DNA of 63,052 bases, the filler included, from Octopus bimaculoides (Eukaryota), in the NCBI RefSeq assembly GCF_001194135.2. It is 9 parts of 6 records of this genome, joined end to end, with 100 filler letters (N's around TTAATTAATTAA, not from the genome) between each part and the next. Parts side by side here need not be neighbours in the genome. Positions count along the whole stretch, not along the records: positions 46,534 to 50,903 come from NC_068984.1; positions 51,004 to 52,501 come from NC_068985.1; positions 52,602 to 60,601 come from NC_068984.1; positions 60,702 to 63,052 come from NC_068984.1; 5 more parts are not named here. One strand, 5' to 3'. The notes below the pieces were generated by a model, which saw only the letters and a program-made list of their open reading frames with translations, searched no databases and had not been told where the DNA came from. Numbering within the stretch: the stretch's first letter is position 1; each line of letters begins with the position of its first letter. This document shows, piece after piece, positions 50,119-61,923 of the stretch. A program made the position numbers and the translations under genes.

Positions 50119-50657
50119 TTGTCTGTCTGTGTTTCCCACCAACATCGCGTGACAACTGATGCTGGTGTGTTTACGTCCCCGTAATATAGCGGTTCCACAA
50201 AAGTGACCGATAGAATAAGTTCTAGGCCTACAAAGAATAACGCCTGGGGTCGATTTGCTCGACTAAAGGTGGTGCTCAAGCATGGCCGCAGTCAAATGAC
50301 CGAAACGAATGAAAGGATACAAGTATATACAGATGCATAAAATTTTGTATACGTAAACGTGTATGTGTATGTGTGTGTGTCTGTGTGTCTGTGTGTGTGT
50401 ACGAGTATATAATGAGTAAATTGATATCTTCTTTTTTCTTTTATTCTTTTACTTGTTTCAGACTGTGGCCATGCTGGAGTACCGCATCTTTAGTCGAACA
50501 AATCGACCCCAGAACTTATTCTTTGTAAGCCTAGTACTTATTCTACCGCTCTCTTTTGCTGAACCGCTAAATTACAGGATCGTAAACTCGCTACCATCTC
50601 TTGTCATGCGATAGTAGGGAGGACACACAATGACACAAACAAAAATATATGTATATC

Positions 50658-50695
<38 letters not shown>

Positions 50696-50903
50696 GACAC
50701 ACGCACACACACACACACATATATATATGTATATGTATGCATATGTATGTATATAAATATATAGACAGATATTTCTGTATATGCAGCGGGCTTCTTTCAG
50801 TTTCCCTCTACCAATTTCAGCCAGAAGGCTTAGGTCGGCTCTAGGCTATAGTAGAAGACACTTAACCAGATTGCCACGCACTGGGACAGAACCCTGAACG
50901 ATG
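49890..50903. mobile_element. Tail-to-tail pair of family A SINEs: 49890-50320 (+) and 50440-50903 (-)
   Basis: Both show family A motifs in opposite orientation. Confidence 0.85.
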
Positions 50904-51003
50904 NNNNNNNNNNNNNNNNNNNNNNNNNNNNNNNNNNNNNNNNNNNNTTAATTAATTAANNNNNNNNNNNNNNNNNNNNNNNNNNNNNNNNNNNNNNNNN
51001 NNN

Positions 51004-51163
51004 TCATAGATTAAGTACTCTCTCTGGTACATAATTTATCGACCCCGAAAGGATGAAAAGCAAAGTAGACTTCGGCGGAATTTGAACTCAGAACGTAGCG
51101 ACGAGTGAAATACCGCTAAGCTTTTCGCTCAGCGTGCTAACAATTCTGCCAGCTCGCCGCCTT
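51004..51163 (-). mobile_element. SINE family C
   Basis: tttatcgaccccgaaaggatgaaaagcaaagtagacttcggcggaatttgaactcagaac...ctgccagctcgccgcct. Confidence 0.85.
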
Positions 51164-51169
51164 AAAAGT

Positions 51170-51704
51170 AATGATAATAATGAAAGCGAAATTCTGTCTG
51201 TCCGTCTGGGAACCCCGTATCTCAGTCTACATTTGCTCTACATTGACATATACCTTTTTAGAATCAGGATGATCCCAGGATTGAAAATCTGCCCTTCATT
51301 TGGTTCTTGAGCATCCAGCATTGGGGTCTGACTGAAAAGCATTTGGGTTACTATTTCTAGCAGGTAAAACTTCGCTGATTCACGCCATCTTAGTTTTCCT
51401 TTGTCAGATGACATCAGAGATCAACGGGGAGACATTCGTTAATTTTACGTCGAGATAGGAACTTTAGGACAAATTGGCCAACAGTTTGAATTCAACTTGG
51501 GACTGGAACAATAAAATGATTGCATTACAAAGTTAATTCTAATTCTCTCTTAACCTCTGATTAAATACCACAATATAGTCATTATAGACGTATCATAGTC
51601 ATGCTATTTAGCTTTCTTTAGTTTTGAGCCGCAGGCCGCAAGGCCAATTAGCCCTCCAGAGGAGCTAGCTGAAGTGTCAGCACAGAGTGCGGCTTTTAAG
51701 CTAG
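51170..51704 (+). mobile_element. Non-autonomous Helitron/Helentron-like element
   Basis: 5' aatgaaagcgaaattctgtctgtccgtctg (GTCY motif); 3' GC-rich hairpins, then CTAG at 51701-51704 followed by T. Confidence 0.4.
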
Positions 51705-51713
51705 TATATATAT

Positions 51714-52028
51714 AGGAGTGGCTGTGTGGTAAGTAGCTTGCTTACCAACCNNNNNNNNNNACCAGCATCGGTTGTCAAGCGATGATGGGGGACAAACACA
51801 GACACACAAAGATATACACATACATGTATATACATATATACGACGGGCTTCTTTCAGTTTCCGTCTACCAAATCCACTCACAAGGCTTTGGTCGGCCCGA
51901 GGCTATAGTAGAAGACNNNNNNNNNNTTCCGTCTACCAAATCCACTCACAAGGCTTTGATCGGCCCGAGGCTATAGTAGAAGACACTTGCCCAAGGTGCC
52001 ACGCAGTGGGACTGAAACCAGAACCATG
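51714..52028. mobile_element. Family A SINE pieces across short N gaps: 51714-51750 (+), 51761-52028 (-)
   Basis: Family A motifs; the segments flanking the 10-N gaps overlap, suggesting an assembly artefact. Confidence 0.75.
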
Positions 52029-52601
52029 GATAAATTAAGTTTAGTTTTAACCTCTCCATTCTTACAAACAGCCAGTAGCTATTTAATTCGCTTTGTGATT
52101 GTAAGTGCACCAAACCACACGTGTGCATATGCATACATTTTCGCGGATGCTTGTATGAGCGAGTGCACACGCGCCATGCAGCTTGCGCGAGGGCGTTTAT
52201 ATATCAATATTTGTTAACAGTTTTTTAAAAATACTTTTCTCATTATATTGTGTTCGTTTCATTTTTGAATCTGTGATTTTATCTTTGATCTTCTATGTAA
52301 ATGAAGATATTTCCTTCGATTTGCTGTTTTTCTTTCTACGAAATGAAAAGATACATTGCGGAACTGTTATTTTAACGAGTTGTGTCTATTTATCACCCGA
52401 TGAGACACATCTATACTGCCGGGTACTCGAAACAATTGTCGTGATTAATAATAAATTCTCGTATATTCCATCTGCCGTCTTTCATTATCCATATATATAT
52501 ANNNNNNNNNNNNNNNNNNNNNNNNNNNNNNNNNNNNNNNNNNNNTTAATTAATTAANNNNNNNNNNNNNNNNNNNNNNNNNNNNNNNNNNNNNNNNNNN
52601 N

Positions 52602-52664
<63 letters not shown>

Positions 52665-52673
52665 ATGTATATA

Positions 52674-53240
52674 CATGGTGTTCAAAAGTCTCTCTGCAGT
52701 ATTTTATTGCAAAATAAATATAAGATGGTATAGGACTACAAACGAATATATTAGACTTTACAAGATTTTATAAAACTTTATAAGAGCCATTGGAAAGTGT
52801 CGTCCATTTTCAATACATAAGTTGACTCTTCTACATGTTTTGAAATACATCTTGGAGAGTCTGATGCGGTATGGACCATGTGAAGGTTATGATTGCATTT
52901 TATGGCTCATTAATGGTTTTCGGGCAATTCTTGTACACCGATCCTTTACTTGCTCCCCAGAAGAAAAAGTCTGGTGGTGTTAAATCAGGTGATCTTGGTG
53001 ACCAAAGTCCCTTCAAAATAATCAGTTCACTGAAAATCTCTTGAAGTAGTGCCATGGTGATGCGTGAAGTATGTGCTGTAGCTCCATCTTGCTGAAAGTA
53101 TGCATTTTTAATTTCACTTTCAGTCAGTTGGCCTACAAATGAATAGACAATATTTGAGCACCCACAGTGATAGACAAGTTGTGCATGCACAGGATGAAAA
53201 AATTCACGGCGGAGCGACTTTTTGAACACCTTGGAAATAC
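52674..53240 (-). mobile_element. Tc1/mariner DDxD transposon 3' half with terminal repeat
   Basis: FQQDGATAHTS...WSPRSPDLTPPDFFFWG; terminus TA|catggtgttcaaaagtctctc. Confidence 0.85.
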
Positions 53241-54334
53241 TTAAATGTAATTTCTCTTATATTTTTTCTTGGAGAGCATTCAAAGAAAAACATTTTGATA
53301 CTTCATTTGTGAAATTTGGATGAATAGTTTAGGAAATATGACAACTTGAGTTGTCTGAGAATTGGTCGAAATCTTGCCTAGTTGGCCTAAATGAATAATT
53401 AGTCCTATTTCTGATGTCATGTCTTTGCACCTGAGGTGATAATCGTTGTCAGATTAATAGTGACCATGGTATAGCAGTTGCCTATGTTTTTTGCAGGTTC
53501 TTTGAAAGGAAACTTTCTTTGGCAATTTTTTAAATATTCATGTAAAGCCTATTTTGTTACATGTCTCAAACAGTTAATTTCAATATGCTTTCAGACCTAG
53601 CTAAATCCAAAAGTACAAGCCACAGGGACTTGAGTTTTGGCACATTTGTATTAGGCATAGGACTGAATAAATCCTGAGATTTTAGGATGACACCATAGTA
53701 AAAATAATTTTAATGAACTGTGAAAAATGGCTATAAATTATGAAGTTTCAGATCAGGATGCCCACATAAGTTGGATTTTCTCCATTTTGATGGGAATTCT
53801 TCCCCCCCACTCCCACTCTTTTATTATATTGTTTTTATTGTAGTCTTGGAAATGATGAGGGTAAGCTTATGAAAAAAAACTTTGGTAAATCTGTCTGCTG
53901 TGAAATTATTTTCTCAGTATTTTAATGCATATAAAGATATGAGCAGCCTTGAATTTATAGTTTATCATTAAACCATGTTGATTATTATTGACAGAGAAGA
54001 AAATAATTATTGTTATGGAAGAAAATAATTGCTCTGTTTTTTTTTTTTCCAGCCACCTTAATCAATGAAAACTTTTTAGATAATTACTTTGAATGCAGTG
54101 ATGCAAAGAATGCTCATTCATTATGTCATCTGACACTGACTGTGATTTTGATGCTGTTTGGCTTCAGCAGTCTTCGCAAATACAGAACTCACTACCAATT
54201 TCTGCATCTGGTAAATATTAATTTTTTTTTTTTCCTGTACAGTCTGGTTTGCCTAAGTATTTTGGTTCTAAACTATAAGAAGAAAAATACAAATTAATTT
54301 GTCATTGAGTATTGGGTTTGATAGGGTTTAAAAA

Positions 54335-57050
54335 AGATGAAGGCTATTGTCATGAGGCTCCGAAAAAGTCTCATGACAATAGCAAAGAATCATGAGCACC
54401 CACCAGCCCAAAGGTTGGGGTGGGCTGCACCTGCCTAACTCTAAAAGGAAGGTGCAAACCCTCATCCTGGGTCGTGCAAGCATAACTTGCCTTATGATGG
54501 CCAATGACCTGAAGAGAAGCTTGGGGTGAGGTTGGGAAGCTGGAATGTGGGCAGTCTACGTTGAAAGAGAACTGAGGTGTGTGAAGGATTGAAGAAGACG
54601 AGAGTGGATGTGTGCTGTGTGCAGGAGGTTAGGTGGAGGGGCCAGGGTGCAAGATTTGTGGGGGTCAAGGGAAGAAGGTACAAGTTGTGGCAGTCAGAAA
54701 ATGGCAAGGGGACTGGAGGTGTGGGAATTTTGGTGAAGGAAGAAATCTGTGAATAGTGGAGTTGAAGAGAAAAAGTGACAGATTGATGACAGTAGTATTA
54801 GCATTTGAGTAAGAAGTGATGCGGGTGATTTGTGGCTATGGTCCACAAAGTGGAAGAGGGATCGCCGAGAAAGAGTAGTTCTTTGATGAAATGGTGAGTG
54901 AGTGAGACTTACATAAGATAGATGAATTAGTTTTGGGCATGGGTGATTTTAATGGACATGTTAGGAAATGGGTCCAGGGCTTTGAAGGTGTGCATGGGGG
55001 AAACAGAATTGGAGAGAGAAACATGGAAGAAAGATGCTGTTGGAGTTTTGTGATGAGAAGGAGTTGTGCGTGGCAAACACATGGTTTAGGAAAACAGAAA
55101 AAAGGAAGGTAACTTTCAGTGCAGGAGGAAATGAGACAGAGATTGATTTCATGTTGGTTGGTGTGGGAAACAGAAAATGTCTAAGGGATGTGAAGACAAT
55201 ACCTGGGGAGTTGCAGCAAAGGTTGGTGGTTGCTGACTTGGATAAGAAGAAAGTTGAAATGTGTGTGACAAAAAGAATGGTTGAGAGGAGAAAGGTGTGG
55301 AAACTGAAGGAAGAAGAAACAAGATTAAGTTTGAGGAGAGCATTGGGGAGTTGGTAAGCATTGACGCAATAGATTTGTAGAAGTCTAATAAGGAAGGGGT
55401 ACTAAAGGCATGTGACAAAGTGTGTGGAAGGATGAAAGGTAGGAGAGATTGAGGAGGTACATGGTGGTTGAACAAGGAGGTGAGGGATGCAATAGTGAGG
55501 AAGAAGGAGGCAACAAAGCTTTATGTAATAATAGGACTGAGCAAATGAAAGCCAGGTATAATAAAATGAAGAATCTTGCGAAGAGGGTGGTTGCGAGATC
55601 TATGAGGAAGTAGGCTGAGAAGTTGAGTGTGCTGGATGAGAACCCAGATAGTGTTTAGGTTTATGAAATCAATGAAAAAAGATGGAAGAAATGTTGAAGG
55701 AAAGATATGTATGAAGGGGAGTGATGGAAGTTTGAAATTTAGTGAGACTGAGAGGGGAGGAGTTTGGAAAAGATCATATAGAGGGAATTGTGAATAGGAT
55801 CAGAGGGTTGAAGCTACTTTGGTGAAGGGGCCAGTGGAGAGGGTTAGTTGGGAAGAAGTAGTGGAGGCAATGAAAGAATTCAAGACGGGTCCATCAGAAG
55901 TAAGTGTGGAAATGATTACTGCAAGTGGAGAGATAGAGATTGTTGTGTTGGTGGAGCACTGCCAAGGTGTGCTGGATGGAAGAGGAATGCCAGGTGATTG
56001 GGCACTGAGTGTGGTGGTACCGATCTTCAACGGAGAGGGGGATGCGATGAGTTGTGGGGTATATAGGGGAGTGAAGTTATTGGAGCATGCAATGAAGATT
56101 GTGGAAAGGGTGTTGGAGAAGAGAATTGAGCAATTGGTGGATGTGGATGAGATGCCATTTGGTTTTATACCAGGAAAGGGAACAATAGAGGCAGTGTTCA
56201 TTGTAAGGAGATTGCGAGGGGAATACCGAGATAAGGAGAAAGAGTTGTACATGTGCTTTGTTGATCTGGAGAAGCCATTTCATAGGGTTCCAAGGAAGGT
56301 GATTGAGTGGGCATTGAGGAAGAGAGGTGTCCTAGAGGTAATAGTAAGGGCAGTGATGAGTTTGTATGAAAGGATAAAGACGAGTTAGAATTGGATCAGA
56401 GCTGTCAGAGGAGTTTGCAGTGACAGTTGACATGCATCAGGGATCTGTGTTGTCACCATTGTTTGCAATAGTGGTTGATGTGGTGACGGAGAGTGCAAGG
56501 GAAATTGATAATGGAGATACTGTATGCAGATGACCTTGTTCTGATGAGTGAGATGATAGAGGGGTTGAGGGAGAAGTGTTGGTAATGGAAGATGGCATTT
56601 GAAAGCAGGGGTTTGAAGGTAACCCTCAGGAAGACAAAGGTGATGGTGAGCGGGGTAGAAGGAGAAGTGTTAGTCAGTAAGGTAGATCCATGTGGTGTAT
56701 GTACAAAGAAGGTAATAGCAAATGCGGTGTTGTGCACGAAATGTGGGAAATGCATTCATGGTAGATGTACGAAAATGAAGAAGGCGACCCAAAGATTGGC
56801 AAGAGATTTTATTTGTGGAAGATGAGAGAAAGGAGCTGGAGGGCTGATAGAATCAGTGAAAACACTATGTGATGAGGTAGAAACACTGAGAGGGTTTTCT
56901 TATTTGGGAGATATGGTGGATGTGAGTGGTAGATGTGAAGTAATTGTGACAGCTAGAGCGAGACCTGGCTGGATGAAATTCAGGGAATGTGGAGTGTTAT
57001 TATATAGGAACAGCTTCTCCTTGAAGGTGAAACGAAGGATTTATTGGAGT
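54335..57050 (+). mobile_element. RTE-clade LINE, decayed: structured 5' UTR, APE and RT
   Basis: RLGSWNVGSL, VCCVQEVRWRG, GDFNGHV, LCVANTWF, EIDFML; RT motifs GVKLLEHAMKIVERV, FGFIPGKGT, CFVDLEK, HQGSVLSP, LYADDLVL, FSYLGD. Many stops and frameshifts, strong CpG loss. Confidence 0.92.
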
Positions 57051-57051
57051 T

Positions 57052-57107
57052 GAATGACTTTCTGAAAGATAGAAGTCAGGCAGTAGTGGCTAATGGAGCC
57101 ACCTCTT
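57052..57107 (+). mobile_element. Short CR1 RT fragment abutting the RTE 3' break
   Basis: NDFLKDRSQAVVANGATS, the typical CR1 W..DFL.DR.Q.V..NG motif. Confidence 0.5.
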
Positions 57108-57550
57108 AATATATATATATGGATATGGATATGAATATATATATATATATATATANNNNNNNNNNNNNNNNNNNNNNNNNNNNNNNNNNNNNNNNNNNNN
57201 NNNNNNNNNNNNNNNNNNNNNNNNNNNNNNNNNNNNNNNNNNNNNNNNNNNNNNNNNNNNNNNNNNNNNNNNNNNNNNNNNNNNNNNNNNNNNNNNNNNN
57301 NNNNNNNNNNNNNNNNNNNNNNNNNNNNNNNNNNNNNNNNNNNNNNNNNNNNNNNNNNNNNNNNNNNNNNNNNNNNNNNNNNNNNNNNNNNNNNNNNNNN
57401 NNNNNNNNNNNNNNNNNNNNNNNNNNNNNNNNNNNNNNNNNNNNNNNNNNNNNNNNNNNNNNNNNNNNNNNNNNNNNNNNNNNNNNNNNNNNNNNNNNNN
57501 NNNNNNNNNNNNNNNNNNNNNNNNNNNNNNNNNNNNNNNNNNNNNNNNNC

Positions 57551-57842
57551 CTGACTGGCTCCTGTAGGATTTTCGAGCGAGATCGTTGCCAGTGCCCCTG
57601 GACTGGCTTGTGCGGGTGGCACATAAAAGACACCATTTCGAGCGTGGCCGTTTTCGTGCGGGTGACACGTAAAAGCACCCACTACACTCTCTGAGTGGTT
57701 GGCGTTAGGAAGGGCATCCAGCTGTAGAAACTCTGCCAAATCAGACTGGAGCCTGGTGTTGCCATCCGGTTTCACCAGTCCTCAGTCAAATCGTCCAACC
57801 CATGCTAGCATGGAAAGCGGACGTTAAACGATGATGATGATA
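57551..57842 (+). mobile_element. SINE family D with RTE-type tail, young
   Basis: aaaagcacccactacactctctgagtggttggcgttaggaagggcatccagctgtagaaactc...ggacgttaaac(gat)n. Confidence 0.85.
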
Positions 57843-58691
57843 GTACGAAGGAAGAATCTTTCTTTTGCGAATGTATGAATTATAAATATTACAAATAACA
57901 ACACGTGGATTTTACGAAATTTCTAAGATAACTACGATTAGTTATCTTTTGAGTGAAAATGTAACAAGACAAATTTACAGAAAAACCATCCGGAATATAC
58001 ATATAGAAGGGAAAAACAGAAGTAAAAGCCCTTACAAACATACAAAACGTAAACAATGTCTCCTATTGAGCAGCACATGGTATCACCCATAACTTGAAAA
58101 GAAGTTTAAAATCTTCCACTGCCTTGGAAATACCCATCTCTCTTGGGAAAAACTAGATAAGTATCTTTGTGTTCTTTTTTTTGTCGTTTATTGAAAGCTT
58201 ATTATTGTTAGGGAAAATAGAAGGTTAAATTTACATATGGTCTTTTCTGTTTTGCTTTTGACTTACGAGATTACTGATTATTGTAGAGAGGTTTAACTTT
58301 TATTATTCCTGATTTAAGAGAATTTCTGTAGTTACAGATAGGTATATATTTGTTTGTTCCTTTATTTATTTTTCCCTATCCAAGTCGAATCCTTTTCAAG
58401 AGTTTGCGTAACTTCTCTCTCTCACTCTCTTCTCCATCATACTGTCTTTTCCCCTTTCTCTCTTGCTTCTCTCTCTATCTATCTCTTTACTTCATTCCAT
58501 TATCCCATAATTCTTCTTTCAGACCCTTAATCTCTCTTCTACTGTTCTCTCTTTTTTTCTCTCTCTCTATTTCATCTCTAGAAATACATAGACACACACA
58601 CACTCTCTCTTTCTCTTTACTCTTCTCCATCGCACCGTCCTTCTCTCAGCCCCTCAAACTCCCTAAATACAGTATATATATGTAGGTGTTT

Positions 58692-58745
<54 letters not shown>

Positions 58746-58988
58746 NNNNNNNNNNNNNNNNNNNNNNNNNNNNNNNNNNNNNNNNNNNNNNNNNNNNNNN
58801 NNNNNNNNNNNNNNNNNNNNNNNNNNNNNNNNNNNNNNNNNNNNNNNNNNNNNNNNNNNNNNNNNNNNNNNNNNNNNNNNNNNNNNNNNNNNNNNNNNNN
58901 NNNNNNNNNNNNNNNNNNNNNNNNNNNNNNNNNNNNNNNNNNNNNNNNNNNNNNNNNNNNNNNNNNNNNNNNNNNNNNNNNNNNNNNN

Positions 58989-59330
58989 AAATAACCGGTT
59001 TCGTGTTGTCTTTTCAAATTTCTCTACTTCATTGTGTCGTGTTCGTTCCAGTCTGAGAAAGAAGAGTTCTAGATAGGGGGAGGTAATTAGGGATTTCTTC
59101 CGGTATAGGGGAGATAATCGAAATCTAGGAGGTGGTAGAATTTGATTAATTTACCATGGTTTTGTTCTATATTTTTTCCCCCTTTTTTTCTCAGTGGGGT
59201 GATGAATTTCCTTATTTAAATGTGTTAGCAATGGTTAAGTTGGGGTTTGTATTTTTGAATGAAAAAGGTTTCCTTATTTAATCTAATCTGTGTTGGTGTT
59301 TTAATGGCACATTTTAAGGGCACTTTCAAG
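58989..59330 (-). mobile_element. Penelope-like element 3' remnant (GIY-YIG C-terminus and pLTR)
   Basis: Minus-strand QIRLNKETFFIQKYKPQLNHC* (59290-59226) matches the PLE terminal R..KE..FI..Y.P.LN pattern; gaaaccggtta hammerhead-like remnant downstream. Confidence 0.65.
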
Positions 59331-59344
59331 TCAGCAATCCAACT

Positions 59345-59726
59345 GACTTTTTTATCACTGCAGATATAAAAACAGAGACAATGATGATCAATTACATCAA
59401 TATAAAGGAAGACGATGTAATGAACCCAAACTCAGCTACTGGCCCTGATGGATTCCCAGCAATCCTTCTAAAACTATGTAAACGAGTACTAGCAAGACCA
59501 CTGCAGTCCCTCTTTCAGAGCTTTCTTGCATCTGGCAAACTCCCAAGAAATATAGTAAGAAGGAAGAATCTTTCTTTTGCGAATGTATGAATTATAAACA
59601 TTGCAAATAACAACATGTGGATTTTACGAAATTTCTAAAATAACCTTGCACATCAGCAAGGGCATGGAATGAATACTCAGAAGAAAACTAATCGCCTTCC
59701 TTGAAGAAAATGACTTGCTGCCTGAC
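59345..59726 (+). mobile_element. CR1 LINE RT N-terminal fragment interrupted by a 92-bp foreign insert
   Basis: INYINIKEDDV/MNPNSATGPDGFPAILLKLCKRVLARPLQSLFQSFLASGKLP, insert, then HISKGME*ILRRKLIAFLEENDLLPD. Confidence 0.8.
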
Positions 59727-60368
59727 NNNNNNNNNNNNNNNNNNNNNNNNNNNNNNNNNNNNNNNNNNNNNNNNNNNNNNNNNNNNNNNNNNNNNNNNNN
59801 NNNNNNNNNNNNNNNNNNNNNNNNNNAGATAGATAGATAGATAGATAGATAGATATACTACTCTCTGAAATTGTTTCTAATTTGGCGTAGGACTATTCAA
59901 GACATAATGGATTACAACGTGGCAAGATGGATTTTTCATTTTAGGCAAAGCAACACCTGCTGAGAATTGAGACACTAGCCAGAATTCGAAATCATGATCC
60001 AGGTGTATCTGTTACCTCAATCTACAGCTCTTTCTTTGGGATAGTATGTTAAATTTCGCTTGTTTGCTTGATTTCTAATGGTGCATTGCATATTTTCAGT
60101 GAGATTGGTGGTTAGATTGTGGGGTTTTACTTTCACTTTCTAGCAAGCTGGTGCTTTGTGTACCCTCTAATATAATTATGCATTTATTGTATAGCTGTTT
60201 AATGCTAATATCGCTTGCTGCCAGTAATGTTATTGTTGTTATCAATTATTTAGATTTGCTTCTGATAATGATGATGATTATAATAATAATAATAATATAA
60301 TAATAATAACAACATCTTTGAGTATTCATTTGAATATTTACTTATATATATATATATATATATATATA

Positions 60369-60601
60369 TCATCATCATCGTTTAACGTCCGCTTTCCATG
60401 CTAGCATGGGTTGGACGATTTGACTGAGGACTGGTGAAACCGGATGGCAACACCAGGCTCCAGTCTGATTTGGCAGAGTTTCTACAGCTGGATGCCCTTC
60501 CTAACGCCAACCACTCAGAGAGTGTAGTGGGTGCTTTTACGTGTCACCCGCACGAAAACGGCCACGCTCGAAATGGTGTCTTTTATGTGCCACCCGCACA
60601 A
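60369..60601 (-). mobile_element. SINE family D, near-identical inverted copy of 57610-57841
   Basis: The ORF track shows the same 56-aa translation from both loci on opposite strands. Confidence 0.85.
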
Positions 60602-60937
60602 NNNNNNNNNNNNNNNNNNNNNNNNNNNNNNNNNNNNNNNNNNNNTTAATTAATTAANNNNNNNNNNNNNNNNNNNNNNNNNNNNNNNNNNNNNNNNNNN
60701 NTGAACCTTGGTGGACCCCAACCTCTACCCGGAATTCTTCACTGTACTCGTTGCCAACCCTCACCTTACTGGCAGCGTCCCTATGCACAGCTCTCACTAA
60801 CCATTTATCTTTCCCTAGTTTCCTCATTGACCATCAGATAAGGGATCGGGGGACCCTGTGAAAGGCTTTCTCCATGTCAACGAGTGTGTATCTATATGTC
60901 TATGTATGTATATATATGTATGTATACATATATATAT

Positions 60938-61923
60938 TGATACGGACCGCCGAAAAACAATATAATGTTATGTCCCTATTCCCCGAGCTGGGTTTGAAAC
61001 CGTATTCTGGTTGTTGAGGACAATGGTATTTCTTTTGTCCTGTCAACAAGCACAGTTATTTTTAGCGTAGGAGTGATTGCTGACCCTTTCCAGTCACTAA
61101 AAGTTCACGAAAACAAGTTAAGAAATGTACTAAACTGACCCAGCTGTGGAGGGTGGGTGGGTATCGTAGCACTATTGGGTACGGTATCTCTCATAAATAC
61201 GAGAGCAGAGATTTGGGACGGGGAGTTGGCGTACGTAGTTGGCGTGAGGAATTGGCGTACAGCAGTTGGATGAAGAACGCGAGCCGGGTGTGAAGGCCAG
61301 CAGCCAGTGAAGAACGAATGTGTGACGGCCAGCAAGATGAACAGAGAGACTGACAGACAGAGGCTGAAAGAGAGAGACTATGAGAGAGAGGGACAGAGAG
61401 ATGGAACTGTTGTGGCAGGCAAAAGATTGTAGTTGGTCACTTCTTGTGATTGTAGTGGGAAATTTGAAGGAAAGGAAATTCTTGCTGTGAAGGTTTGTTT
61501 AAATATTCTTTAAAGAGAGAACTTTGTTGTTACATGTTTTAAAAGGAAAGAAAAACAAATAAGTAGAAGAACTTTTAATTGACTTGATATACGAACTCTG
61601 ATTGTAAATTTTTGATTATGCAATGTTCTAAAACTTTGATTATGTTAAATGCTTGGAAACGCTATTGTTACATGTTAATGAATTATTGTTACGCAATGCT
61701 CTGTTTTGTATTGATGATGTATTGTGATGTAAAGAAAAAATGTTAATTTCACTACGCAACGCATGATCTCCGTGTTATTTCTTCCTCCTTTTGCCTGTTG
61801 TCGTCGTTACGTGCTCCGGCTGGGCTTAGTCGTGGTGAACATCCCGACGCACTGAGCGTCGACATTCGCGCGCGCGAGAGTTTTCTCTTCGTCGAGGTGC
61901 TTCGCGTGCGGGCGTTCGTAACA
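60938..61923. mobile_element. Probable solo LTR (~986 bp)
   Basis: Starts TGatacg, ends cgtaaCA (6/7 terminal inverted repeat); ATATAT on both flanks; TATA-like cataaata, reiterated agttggcg motifs, CpG-rich end, no ORF. Confidence 0.55.

Noticed and set aside
56541-56547. CTGATGA motif
   Set aside because: Coding sequence of the RTE RT just after YADD; no hairpin-GAAA follows.
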